Origin: Bdellovibrio sp.
GTDB taxonomy: Bacteria; Bdellovibrionota; Bdellovibrionia; Bdellovibrionales; Bdellovibrionaceae
Assembly: GCA_036676395.1 (NCBI GenBank)
Contig: JAKFCY010000002.1
Span: 1,664,001 to 1,728,000 of the forward strand
Direction: 5' to 3'
Length of the DNA: 64,000 nucleotides
Shown here: positions 28,467 to 37,962 of the stretch, in pieces
Numbering within the stretch: the first letter of the stretch is position 1
Layout: each line of letters starts with the position of its first letter
Notes under the pieces: model-generated
Seen by the model: only the letters and a program-made list of their open reading frames with translations
Database searches by the model: none
What the model was told of the DNA's origin: nothing
Position numbers and translations under genes: made by a program

Positions 28467-29777
28467 ATGATGAAAAAAAGGAATTTTTTAGGCACCACGA
28501 CGGCGCTACTCTGTTCTACACTGCTAGCTGCAGGTTGCGCCAAAGAGGGGCTCACAGCAGCCGCAGAAGCTAATACAAAGACCACACTCACCGAAAACGT
28601 TATCTATGGCAGCGATGGCCGCCAAGAGGTTTATCAGTCAAGTGAGGCATTAAAGCTATTAGCCGATTCAACGGTGGCTTTAATTAAAAATGCAGATTTA
28701 ACCCAACAAGGTGCAAGTACCTTAGTTGCGGGTGAAATCTTCGCTCAAAGTCATCAATTATGTTCCAGTGAAAAATTTCGTGAACAGAACACCTCTGCTT
28801 TTTGTTCGGGTTCTTTAGTTGGACCTGACACAATTATCACCGCAGGACATTGTATTACCAGTCAATCTGACTGCGTAGGCACAAGTTTTGTCTTTGGTTT
28901 TGCTGTTAAATCTGCCGGAGTATTGCCTACTCAGGTAAGTTCAAATGAAGTGTATCGTTGTCGTGAAATTGTTCATCGTGTTTTACAAAATACGGGCGAA
29001 GATTATGCGGTGATTAAACTTGATCGCGCGGTTACAAATCACGCGGTATTAAAAGTTCGTCGCAGCGGCGAAGCCTCTGTAGGTGATCCCCTATTAGTGA
29101 TCGGCCATCCAGTAGGTTTACCGACAAAAATAACTACGGGTGGAAAAGTTCGTTCGGTAGCGAATGCCGGCTACTTAGTTACTAACTTGGATACTTATGG
29201 TGGTAATTCGGGCTCTGCCGTATTTAATGCGCAAACTTTAGAAATCGAAGGCATCTTAGTTCGCGGCGAGCAAGACTTCGTTTATCAAGGTGGCTGTAAC
29301 GTTTCAAAAGTTTGCAGCGATGATTCATGCCGCGGTGAAGATGTAACGCGTATCTCTGCATTACGTCAGTATATTCCGCAAACGGACGTGCCTACTCCGC
29401 CAACTTCAGGAACTCCTGTCGTGACGAGTGAAACTTTTTCTTCAACACAAGTTGTTGCGATTCTCGATAACAATACTGCGGGCAGCTCAAGTTCAATAAA
29501 AGTAACTTCTGCACCCAGCGGCAGAAAGGTGTTAATCAGTGTTAATCTTACTCATACTTATATTGGTGATCTGGTTGTAAAAGTTGTGGCTAGTGACGGT
29601 AAAACTGTAACCTTACATTCGCGCTCTGGCGGTAGCACAGATAATATCGTTAAAACTTATGATGCGACGGCCGCTTTAGGAAGTGTTGCTTCGGCAGGAA
29701 ATTATAAGTTAGTGGTGCAAGATTTAGCTAAATACGATAGCGGAAGTCTGAAGTCATGGTCTGTGAAATTTCAGTAA
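28467..29777 (+). CDS. Trypsin-like serine protease lipoprotein with C-terminal proprotein convertase P-domain
   Basis: AAGC lipobox; TAGHC, EDYAV, GGNSGS; HTYIGDL...DSGSLKSWS. Confidence 0.92.
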   Translation: MMKKRNFLGTTTALLCSTLLAAGCAKEGLTAAAEANTKTTLTENVIYGSDGRQEVYQSSEALKLLADSTVALIKNADLTQQGASTLVAGEIFAQSHQLCSSEKFREQNTSAFCSGSLVGPDTIITAGHCITSQSDCVGTSFVFGFAVKSAGVLPTQVSSNEVYRCREIVHRVLQNTGEDYAVIKLDRAVTNHAVLKVRRSGEASVGDPLLVIGHPVGLPTKITTGGKVRSVANAGYLVTNLDTYGGNSGSAVFNAQTLEIEGILVRGEQDFVYQGGCNVSKVCSDDSCRGEDVTRISALRQYIPQTDVPTPPTSGTPVVTSETFSSTQVVAILDNNTAGSSSSIKVTSAPSGRKVLISVNLTHTYIGDLVVKVVASDGKTVTLHSRSGGSTDNIVKTYDATAALGSVASAGNYKLVVQDLAKYDSGSLKSWSVKFQ

Positions 29778-29812
29778 GCCAATTCGCAGCAGATACTTTT
29801 CCTTGGTAGTTC

Positions 29813-29846
29813 AAAAAAGCTCTTCCCTAAACGGAGGAGCTTTTTT
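29813..29846. terminator. Bidirectional intrinsic terminator
   Basis: AAAAAAGCTCTTCC-CTAAAC-GGAGGAGCTTTTTT. Confidence 0.8.
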
Positions 29847-29872
29847 ATTTTTTTCTCTTTTAAGCCATGATG

Positions 29873-30868
29873 TTAAAAATTAGTGTTTGATCTTTTGCTG
29901 GGTGCGCATGTAACGCAAGAGATATCCTGTTCTTGAAACGGAATTAGCCATGTAAAATCAAAATCACTAAATTTCATATTTTCACCAGATTCAGGTGCTA
30001 ATTTAATAGTTTCAGAAATTTTATTGCTATTAAATAAAACTGACCGTTGAATTTTTTTCTCAAATCGATCTACAGAATCCCTACAAAGAGACCAAGTTCT
30101 AGTCTGCATTGGCATAGCGTATTCATAAGACATTTGAAGATTCACTGATGTAGACAACAACCCTTTTGCATTAAGTAATGGAGATATGGCAGGATCTACT
30201 TTAGAGGATTTGATCTCATGTGCTTTTCCTACAAAAAATAAAACAGAATCACATTCTTTGGTCTGAATAAGATCTACTATACTGTTAGACATGTATTGAT
30301 TTCTGATTACATTAGAAAAATTCTCTTCAAAACTTTTCGGGTGGTCTACAGGCTTTACTTTTAAACCCATTGACAAAGCATAGTTGGTCGTTGATTCGTA
30401 ATAATTAATAAGATCATCCTGAACATTAGCGTGATCTATAGATTCATCCTTACGATATTGTTGTGATATTTTTTTAAGATTTGAAAAAAAACTATTAAGC
30501 CCTTCTGGCCAATTGGGTAATTCTAAGGCTACACAGACATTTGGACCGTTAATTGCTTTGACCATTCTTATTAGCGTAGAACGAGCTTTAAAATCAGTAT
30601 ATAAATGAATTTCTCCAGCAACAATGACATTCGATTTTGAAATTGCGGTAATAAATTCTTGATTTGCTTCTGGCTGTGGGTTTTCACTTAATACTTCATT
30701 TAACTTCTTTTCACCCAGAGAACAAATAGAGTGCTCTTCATTTGGATTTTTTTGATTAAGAAGACTTTTCCAATCAGTATTAAAACTACCGGCATCGTTA
30801 GCTATCGCGGATGAATGATAAACTAATGTTGATATGAGCAGACTTAAAATGAAGTATGATTCTTTCAC
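29873..30868 (-). CDS. Exported protein, ChaN/EreA/TIKI-like superfamily
   Basis: Signal peptide; VIVAGEIH, VALE, RNQYM, FFVGKAH; GTG start at 30868 after GAGG. Confidence 0.6.
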   Translation of the reverse strand: MKESYFILSLLISTLVYHSSAIANDAGSFNTDWKSLLNQKNPNEEHSICSLGEKKLNEVLSENPQPEANQEFITAISKSNVIVAGEIHLYTDFKARSTLIRMVKAINGPNVCVALELPNWPEGLNSFFSNLKKISQQYRKDESIDHANVQDDLINYYESTTNYALSMGLKVKPVDHPKSFEENFSNVIRNQYMSNSIVDLIQTKECDSVLFFVGKAHEIKSSKVDPAISPLLNAKGLLSTSVNLQMSYEYAMPMQTRTWSLCRDSVDRFEKKIQRSVLFNSNKISETIKLAPESGENMKFSDFDFTWLIPFQEQDISCVTCAPSKRSNTNF

Positions 30869-31020
30869 CGCATACACCTCTTTCAAGAAAAGATGCAAAC
30901 AGTGCCAATGTCTCAAAACGAGATAATTTTAGGTGGCCGAGAATATATCGCATATTGAACTGCAATCAAACTCACAAGTGTATGACAAAAAAAGGAATCT
31001 TATTCGTTCAAATTATCGAT

Positions 31021-31947
31021 TTACTTAGCGAAAGCTTCTTCGATCCAGCCGCCATCAAGGCGCATGCTTTTTTCGTCTCGCTTGATTTCAAAAACGGTTC
31101 TATACTCTGGATTATAACCAATACTTTTTTGCTCGACATCTAATTCGGCTAAAAGTCTTTCGAAGTTCTTTTTTTCCTGTTCGAATTCTACCGGCTGGTT
31201 GCTGTTAAATGCATGTTCAGTGTTGTCACAGAATTTTTTCAAGCGCTCATCGGCTGCAATATCTGGTTTAAGAGCTACGGCTTTATTTAAATTAAAATAT
31301 AAATAACTGCGATCGGCGATCGCCTCAAAATCAGATTTATGCGCATTCATTGCGGCAAACGCTGCGACGACTTTTCCATAAAATGCCGCTTTTTGAGTAA
31401 AACTTTCTTCAGTCTGGCCTGCGGCCGCGGCAGCATTTACTTCAGAAATTAAATCCTGAAATTGCGGAATACGTAAAATGTAACGAAACAATGGTTTAAG
31501 CGCTTGTGCACGAGGATCTGCCGTCGCTTCATCTAACGACAATTGAAACGCTCTGTTGGTTTCTTGATCTGTCATTGCGCCGATTTTGGCGTTTTTTAAT
31601 GAACTACAAAAATTACTTAAGGGCTTATTTGGATTAATTAAATCATCAAGCCCAGCACGCGAATTTAAACTTTGAGTTTGTGTGACTGTCGTTGTCGCTG
31701 AAGTTGGTTTTGCCGTCGGGTTTAAAACCGGAGGTGGTTCTGGAATCAATTGCGTCGTATGAACTGTGTCATTCACCATGGCCAGGTTTTGCCGTTGGCC
31801 AGGATTTAAAATTGCTGATGATAATTTATTCGCTGACGGCAAATGATAAACAATAAATGCAGTAAACCCTGCGACGGCGATAAAAACCACTGCCGCAAAG
31901 ACCAATAGCACTTTAAAAATCAGTTTCGCCTTACTTCTTGTTTCCAC
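31021..31947 (-). CDS. Hypothetical single-pass membrane protein
   Basis: N-terminal TM helix, Pro/Thr linker, helical domain. Confidence 0.7.
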   Translation of the reverse strand: METRSKAKLIFKVLLVFAAVVFIAVAGFTAFIVYHLPSANKLSSAILNPGQRQNLAMVNDTVHTTQLIPEPPPVLNPTAKPTSATTTVTQTQSLNSRAGLDDLINPNKPLSNFCSSLKNAKIGAMTDQETNRAFQLSLDEATADPRAQALKPLFRYILRIPQFQDLISEVNAAAAAGQTEESFTQKAAFYGKVVAAFAAMNAHKSDFEAIADRSYLYFNLNKAVALKPDIAADERLKKFCDNTEHAFNSNQPVEFEQEKKNFERLLAELDVEQKSIGYNPEYRTVFEIKRDEKSMRLDGGWIEEAFAK

Positions 31948-33169
31948 TTTTTTGCATCAACGAAGATAAGTTACCGAAATTATTCGTCGCAAAGCCAGTT
32001 CCTGCTTTTTGAGTTCCACCAGCGGCACTGTGTTCGCGCCAAGTGTTGTCTTCAGCAAGTCCTGGAATACCTAAAGAAATTCTTTTCATTTCAAATAAAA
32101 CTTCATCTACTGAAACTGGGAATATATCGCCTTTTTTCTTACTTTCATAAGTGGCAGCATCTGCAGAGTCACGCCATTTGGCACGTGGTAGTAAACCTGT
32201 GATACCCGGAGCAATTTGCACGAATAAACCGTACTGCTCTTTTTTCTCAACGATACCTGTGTGCACTGATCCAATTTTGAATTTTTCTGGAACCATATTC
32301 CAAGGGTCACCGTCGCCACCAGCTTGTTTAACTGATAAAGAAATTTTCACGCGACCATCTACTTCTTCAACTTTTAAAACCTTAACCTGAACCGTTTGGT
32401 TTAAAGTTAAAACTTCAGACGGATCTTGAATACGAGACCAGCCGATTTCAGAAATATGACAAAGACCTTCAACACCGCCACCTAGTTCAATGAACGCCCC
32501 GAATTTTTCAAAACGCTTAACTGTACCGTTTACGATATCACCCGGTTTTGTGTTCGAAAGAAATTCTCCTTCGTTTTCAGCTTTTTGTAGATCTAATAAT
32601 TTACGACGAGATACCACTAAGTTACGACCGCGCGGATCAAACTGAGTAATTAAGAAATCAAATTTCTTACCGATGTAAGAAGGCTGATCGATCACTTTGT
32701 AATCCATTTGGCTTAATGGGCAAAACGCTGTCTTTTTCATGATCTCTACGCGAAAACCACCGTTACAAACTTCTAAGACACGGCCTTCAACAGGTAATTC
32801 CATATCATGAGCGTCTTCTAATGAATCCATGTCTGGATTAGATTTTTTCTGACCTGCACGAGTAACGCGAATTTCTGAACCGCGAACTGAAGTCACAACA
32901 ACGTCAATGCGATCGCCGACTTTATATTTTAATTCTTTATTTTCATCTAAAAGATCATTACGCATAATCATCGCATCTTGATGAGATGGCGTTGATACGA
33001 AAGCTTCTTCTTTGCTGATTGATAAAATTTCAGCTGTGTAAGCAAGACCTGTAGTTAACTTTTTACCGACGCCGCCAACGCTATCTTCAAACAATGAAGC
33101 AAAATCTTGCGATTTTGTGTTGTTCGTTGTCGTTGTAATTTCATCACCAAAAACATCTTTTTTAGACAT
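31931..33169 (-). CDS. Ribosomal protein S1-like protein (four S1 domains)
   Basis: AFCPLSQMD, NLVVSRR, FGAFIELGGGVEGLCHISEI, YGLFVQIAPGITGLL; 412 aa. Confidence 0.9.
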   Translation of the reverse strand: MSKKDVFGDEITTTTNNTKSQDFASLFEDSVGGVGKKLTTGLAYTAEILSISKEEAFVSTPSHQDAMIMRNDLLDENKELKYKVGDRIDVVVTSVRGSEIRVTRAGQKKSNPDMDSLEDAHDMELPVEGRVLEVCNGGFRVEIMKKTAFCPLSQMDYKVIDQPSYIGKKFDFLITQFDPRGRNLVVSRRKLLDLQKAENEGEFLSNTKPGDIVNGTVKRFEKFGAFIELGGGVEGLCHISEIGWSRIQDPSEVLTLNQTVQVKVLKVEEVDGRVKISLSVKQAGGDGDPWNMVPEKFKIGSVHTGIVEKKEQYGLFVQIAPGITGLLPRAKWRDSADAATYESKKKGDIFPVSVDEVLFEMKRISLGIPGLAEDNTWREHSAAGGTQKAGTGFATNNFGNLSSLMQKSGNKK

Positions 33170-33224
33170 AGAAAATCCTTACCTTTTACGAAAGGCATTA
33201 CTTTACTTGAATATTTTTAATTAC

Positions 33225-33716
33225 TTAAGATTTTTTCTTAACTCGACGCTTAACTGACAGCGTCAACTCAAATTCTGCCACTCTTTCAGTCTGGCTTACC
33301 GAAGGAACGATCGCATAGGCCTTCATCGTCCGGTTTATGCGCTCTTCAGAGGTTTTAGCCTCATTGATCTGATCAACTACGACCTGGGCCTCTTCACAGA
33401 TAAAATGCACATCACCTTCGGCGCGTTTTAAGAAATTGGCCTTATAATCTTTAAATAAAAAATCAATACGTTCGCCAGAGGCTTGAATTTGTTTAACTGC
33501 AAGCATAGCAATGCAAAGCTCAGAACCCACAGCCAGTGCGCCAAAGTACATAGCCCCTAAGTGGTTTTTAGTTCTAAAGTTTAACGGAACCTTTAATATA
33601 GTTCTTTGATTGTTGGCTTCTAAGACTTTTGGTCCAACAAAGCCAATTAACGGGATTTTAGACCAAGCGTACAAAGTTAAAAATAGATTCTCTTTAAAGT
33701 TTTTCATAGTGCTCAT
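33225..33716 (-). CDS. Hot-dog fold protein (DUF4442/YiiD-like)
   Basis: RTKNHLGAMYFGALAVGSE, FLKRAEGDVHF. Confidence 0.8.
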   Translation of the reverse strand: MSTMKNFKENLFLTLYAWSKIPLIGFVGPKVLEANNQRTILKVPLNFRTKNHLGAMYFGALAVGSELCIAMLAVKQIQASGERIDFLFKDYKANFLKRAEGDVHFICEEAQVVVDQINEAKTSEERINRTMKAYAIVPSVSQTERVAEFELTLSVKRRVKKKS

Positions 33717-33762
33717 TCACTAAATTCTAGCTTCATCTCAATAAATAAGCCAAACTTTTAAT

Positions 33763-34773
33763 ATGACAACACAACAAAGCGCGCTGACAAAGATCGAAAC
33801 TCCTTTAACCAAGATGTTAGGTATCCGTTACCCGATCATCCAAGCCCCCATGTTTTTAGTCTCAAATGTCGACATGGTCGTGGCAGCTTCTGAAGCCGGA
33901 GCCATCGGAACATTTCCCGCATTGAATTACCGCCCTGTTGAAAAATACATCGAGGCTTTAAAGGAAATGAAAGCCCGTACGAAAAAACCTATTGGTTTAA
34001 ATATTATCGTAAACAAATCAAACACTCGCGCCAAAGAAGATTTAAAACATGCTCTTGATGCCGGGGTAAATTTATTTATCACTTCGCTTGGTTCACCCAA
34101 AGAAGTGATCGCTGAAGCCCACAAAAATGGAGCAAAAGTAGTGTGTGATGTCGTAAATCTGGAGCACGCCAAAAAAGTTCAGGATTTAGGAGCTGACGGA
34201 GTGATCGCGGTTGGCACTGGCGCTGGTGGGCACGCAGGCCCGCTATCACCCATCGTTTTAGTTAACTGGTTAAAACACGAATTAGAAATTCCAATTATCG
34301 CAGCCGGCGGAATCGCCAACGGCGCAACCATGGCTTCGATGATGGCCGTTGGTGCCGCAGGCGTAAGCATCGGCACAAGATTTATCGCCAGCACTGAAGC
34401 TAAAGTCGAACAAGCCTACAAAGATGCGATCGTGAATTCATCACCAGAAGATATCGTACTCACAACAAGAATCTCGGGCACACCTGCTGCTGTGATCAGA
34501 ACTCCCTACGTCGACAAAATGGGTTTAGATTTACCGTGGTACCTAAAAATGGCCAAAGACCAAAAGACTCTAAAAAAATACATCGTTCCATTAATCCATT
34601 ATTTAGGATCAAAATCCCTAGAACAAGCAGCCGTCGGCCCGACATGGAAAACAGTTTGGTCAGCAGGACAATCTGTAGGCTTGGTCGATGACATCATTCC
34701 CTGTGAACAAATCATAAAAAATCTAGTCAGTGAATACGAAGAAACATTAGCTAGCTTACCAAAAGTACAATAA
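33763..34773 (+). CDS. Nitronate monooxygenase / FabK-like flavin oxidoreductase
   Basis: PIIQAPM, GAGGHAG, IAAGGI, GTRFIAS, WSAGQ. Confidence 0.9.
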   Translation: MTTQQSALTKIETPLTKMLGIRYPIIQAPMFLVSNVDMVVAASEAGAIGTFPALNYRPVEKYIEALKEMKARTKKPIGLNIIVNKSNTRAKEDLKHALDAGVNLFITSLGSPKEVIAEAHKNGAKVVCDVVNLEHAKKVQDLGADGVIAVGTGAGGHAGPLSPIVLVNWLKHELEIPIIAAGGIANGATMASMMAVGAAGVSIGTRFIASTEAKVEQAYKDAIVNSSPEDIVLTTRISGTPAAVIRTPYVDKMGLDLPWYLKMAKDQKTLKKYIVPLIHYLGSKSLEQAAVGPTWKTVWSAGQSVGLVDDIIPCEQIIKNLVSEYEETLASLPKVQ

Positions 34774-34788
34774 AGAATTTCAATGCAC

Positions 34789-34841
34789 GCTCTGTATTTG
34801 GGTTTACACTAATTTTAAAAGTGTAAACCCAAATACAGAGC
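34789..34841. repeat. Perfect 22-bp inverted repeat with 9-nt spacer
   Basis: GCTCTGTATTTGGGTTTACACT-AATTTTAAA-AGTGTAAACCCAAATACAGAGC. Confidence 0.92.
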
Positions 34842-34883
34842 AAATACGAATCCCGATCTAAAAATTCAATAACCAAACTCCGC

Positions 34884-34948
34884 CATCCCAAATGATCTGA
34901 CGGCAGGAAGCCGTCAGAAGCATCAGCAGGATGCGAGCTCCGTAAAAA
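34884..34948 (+). repeat. REP-like hairpin related to the GNAT-flanking repeats
   Basis: TCTGACGGC-AGGAA-GCCGTCAGA stem; shares TCTGACG, CCGTCA, CATC and GAGCT-CGTAAAAA blocks in order with the reverse complement of 14585-14637. Confidence 0.55.
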
Positions 34949-34982
34949 CGCTACTCCAGCAAAAACTACGAAGCGCAAAAAT

Positions 34983-35012
34983 AAAAAAACCGTTAGCTAA
35001 TCAGCTAACGGT
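34983..35012 (-). terminator. Intrinsic terminator of the HNH gene
   Basis: ACCGTTAGCT-GATT-AGCTAACGGT then U tract on the minus strand. Confidence 0.8.
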
Positions 35013-35046
35013 CATGCCCCTCGAGAGAATCTTAAAATTTAAATAA

Positions 35047-35709
35047 TTATTGCATTAAATCAGAAACGAAGTCTTCTAAGCCAGCGCATTTAGGTAAATC
35101 TAATTTGCACTCTTTCATCACTTCGATAGCTTTTGCCTGAGCGATTTTATCAGCTTCCATAGCTTGGAATAAAAGTAATTCTAAGCGATCAGTATACGCG
35201 TACACAGATTTATGTTGTGGCCAAAGGTTTTCAACATCGTTCGATCCACCGATGCTTAACGGGATGAAGTGATCGATCTTGAAATCACCGCGATTCATTG
35301 AACGGATTTTAAAACCTAATTCTTGATCATAATCAGCAATGATTGCGTTTTTTTCGCCTGAAGAAACATTGCGTTCACAGTAAGTGATTTGCTGAGCGTA
35401 GCGTTTTGTGCCGCGTTCACACAATTTACCTGGAGTCATTTCTGCATCTGGGTGAATAGGATATTTGTCAGATGGATTTAGCCCAGTAGTCGGAGCTTTA
35501 TCTGGTTCTGGAAAACTTGGTTTATTAGGTTCGCTTGGTTTAGCAGGAGCCGGTTTTTTCTTTTTTTCAGAGTAATCTTGGCGAGAAACTTGTTTCGCTT
35601 GATCATCAGCACAAGTTTGCGCAGTTGCGAAAGAAGCCGTTAAAGTAAAAGAGATAGCAGCGATAAGGTTTAAGATTACCTTAGTGTTTAGTCCTTTAGA
35701 ACAGTTCAT
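35047..35709 (-). CDS. Exported HNH endonuclease-like protein
   Basis: ATA signal peptide, Pro/Lys linker, MTPGKLC, KIDHFIPLSIGGSNDVENLWPQ; GGAGG SD. Confidence 0.8.
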   Translation of the reverse strand: MNCSKGLNTKVILNLIAAISFTLTASFATAQTCADDQAKQVSRQDYSEKKKKPAPAKPSEPNKPSFPEPDKAPTTGLNPSDKYPIHPDAEMTPGKLCERGTKRYAQQITYCERNVSSGEKNAIIADYDQELGFKIRSMNRGDFKIDHFIPLSIGGSNDVENLWPQHKSVYAYTDRLELLLFQAMEADKIAQAKAIEVMKECKLDLPKCAGLEDFVSDLMQ

Positions 35710-35874
35710 AGATCCTCCATAGAAAAGCATTACGGTGCTTTGTAGAAACGTCGGGCCAATCCCCAACTTATACGTGGTAGTTGTTGTGGCTAGAGATAAT
35801 CAAATTACCCCCAGCTCTGGCAACTGTTAAAAAACGAATATTTCGCGAAGTGTCTAAACACTGCTAAGCAGAGC

Positions 35875-36348
35875 TTAAGGTGCCGAAGTTTTAAGCCAAG
35901 TTTGGGTGCGACCTAGTAGGCTGAAACCTATAAATCCTCGCACCTCTAATTTTTCACCGTTTTCGATCAGGGTCATTTTCGCTTTGTAAGTTTTACCGTT
36001 CTTAGGATCAAGGATGTGCCCGCCAGTGTATTTATCGCCGTCTTTTTTTAGATCCCAAATAATTTCTAATCCAACAATTGGCTTATCTTTTTTATCGCCA
36101 GAACATTCTGTACAGATAGTTTTATCACCCTCTTTAGGAAAAGTTTTGATGATGTTACCAAAAAGTTTTCCGTCAACTTCTTTAATTTCAACGATGGCAC
36201 GTGGCTCATTTGTTGAATCATCAATTGTTTTCCAAAAGCCAACCGGTGACGAAGTTGTCACCACATCAGCCGAACCAGTTTCAGCAGCAAATGCCGAAAA
36301 ACAGATAAAAAAAGTCGTCGCTACAAATGAAAAGAAATTATGTTTCAT
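35875..36348 (-). CDS. DUF2147 family exported protein
   Basis: PVGFWKTIDD, GHILDPKNGKTY, LEVRGFIGFSLLGRTQTW. Confidence 0.9.
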   Translation of the reverse strand: MKHNFFSFVATTFFICFSAFAAETGSADVVTTSSPVGFWKTIDDSTNEPRAIVEIKEVDGKLFGNIIKTFPKEGDKTICTECSGDKKDKPIVGLEIIWDLKKDGDKYTGGHILDPKNGKTYKAKMTLIENGEKLEVRGFIGFSLLGRTQTWLKTSAP

Positions 36349-36456
36349 ATTGGTTCATCCTTGTTCGTTATATATATTACCGTTTAACTAGACCTTTAGA
36401 TTGTCCATAGAGAAGCCCTAGTGGTCAACTACTTCAAAACACGGTATAATTTCATT

Positions 36457-37926
36457 ATGGGACGTTATCTTATTGTTGATCGTGAAGATAAGTCTGTAGA
36501 GCAAATAATCGAGGCTCTTAAATCGGTTGATGCGCAGGCACAAATCGAAAACTTTCCGAATATGGAAGCTTTTGAAGCGCACGCCAATGCTCTAAGCCCT
36601 GAAGCTGTTGCGCCGTTCTGGGTGTTTGATCTGATGATTCTAGATTACAGCCTTCACACTCCTGCCACTTGGCCAGAAAAAATTGCAAAACTTAAATCGC
36701 AAAACTCAAAAGAATTTTCATTTATTTTAACTAGTTACGAGAATAACTTAACGATCGCTAAAAATATTCGCCCACTTGAAATTTATAATTTCGTTTTTAA
36801 ACCTTTTGATTCTTTAATCTTAAAAGAGAGTTTAAATCTAGCTTTAAAAATTAAGAAAAAAGCAGCGCCGCTAGAAATGAAATCACAAAGCGCTACGGCC
36901 TTTATCGCCCTGTTAAAAGCGGTTGAATTACAAACTATTTCTGAGCTGGGTTTTGTAACTTTAAGCGATTCGCAAATCGAAACCGGCAGCATTTCAAAAT
37001 ATTTTTCGACGATGTTTACTTATGGTAAAAAACAAAGTGTGTGGGCCCAGTGTTTGGTCAGCATCCCGCACCCGCAAAAACCGGGAAACTTTATTAACAA
37101 GTTTCAATTCTTTGGCGCCGAACAACCTTTATTAAGTGCAATTCGTAAATACATCGCAGCTCACAAGGCTGATAGCGCATCAAGTGCTCTATGGAATTTA
37201 AATCCGCCCAAATCGACAGTGCCGTTAAAATTAGCTTTCATCGGGTTAGACAACGATGAAAATAAAAATTTTATCTCTGAAATCCAAAACCGTTACAACA
37301 ATGTAACTCCTGAAATCGTAAAACTTGATCCTTCTAAAAAATCGGCTGATAAAGCAGTCTATGATCATGATTTTTGCATCAACACCACAGACATTAAACA
37401 TGAAAACTTTAAAGAGATGTTTAAAGCAGAATGTGTGCATTTTTGGTATGCGCCAAATCTTCCTAAAGAAGATGATTTAAAAATTCATGCAACTGAATAC
37501 CGTGATATCTTTTTACGCCCGTTAGATCGCTCTTATTTTTACAAAAAAATGAAAATTCACATAAATGCGTTAAGTGAAAAAGAACCAAGCCATTTATTAA
37601 ACATCACTTCGCGCGAAGTGATGAAAGTGGCTAACAAGGTTAAAATTTCTGAAATTTCTGAATTGTATGTGAATCTTGTCTACAGTCGCGAATTGCAATT
37701 TAAAGAATTTCGTGAATTTGTATTCTTAAGTGATGACGAGACACAAACAGTAGAACTACCCGCCTTTTGCCATTACACTGAAAAAGCAGCCAGCACCGGT
37801 GGTAAAGATGATCCCGCGGGTTTTTTACACCAATTTGTGTTCTTCGGCATGACAGATCATTTGTTAAAACAAATTCGCCTATGGTTATTGCATAACTATA
37901 TCGTTTCGAATCAAAAGAACGATTAA
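36457..37926 (+). CDS. Hypothetical signalling protein with duplicated receiver-like plus PilZ-like modules
   Basis: YLIVD, LMILDY, FKPFD; TISELG/EISELY; FQFFG...IRKYI and FVFFG...IRLWL. Confidence 0.6.
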   Translation: MGRYLIVDREDKSVEQIIEALKSVDAQAQIENFPNMEAFEAHANALSPEAVAPFWVFDLMILDYSLHTPATWPEKIAKLKSQNSKEFSFILTSYENNLTIAKNIRPLEIYNFVFKPFDSLILKESLNLALKIKKKAAPLEMKSQSATAFIALLKAVELQTISELGFVTLSDSQIETGSISKYFSTMFTYGKKQSVWAQCLVSIPHPQKPGNFINKFQFFGAEQPLLSAIRKYIAAHKADSASSALWNLNPPKSTVPLKLAFIGLDNDENKNFISEIQNRYNNVTPEIVKLDPSKKSADKAVYDHDFCINTTDIKHENFKEMFKAECVHFWYAPNLPKEDDLKIHATEYRDIFLRPLDRSYFYKKMKIHINALSEKEPSHLLNITSREVMKVANKVKISEISELYVNLVYSRELQFKEFREFVFLSDDETQTVELPAFCHYTEKAASTGGKDDPAGFLHQFVFFGMTDHLLKQIRLWLLHNYIVSNQKND

Positions 37927-37962
37927 CAATTTAGTCAAATCGAAGATTTGCCAATGAATAAT

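Noticed and set aside
30889..30907. Sigma54 promoter upstream of the ChaN-like gene (TGGCACTGTTTGC)
   Set aside because: GG-to-GC spacing is 8 nt rather than the required 10
34884..34935. SRP RNA (ffs), suggested by a GGAA-containing loop and downstream AGCA
   Set aside because: Lacks the conserved CAGG-x3-GGAA-x3-AGCAG helix-8 geometry; fits the local repeat family better
34751..34978. 75-aa ORF in the hairpin-rich intergenic region
   Set aside because: Runs through palindromes, TTG start, no recognisable features
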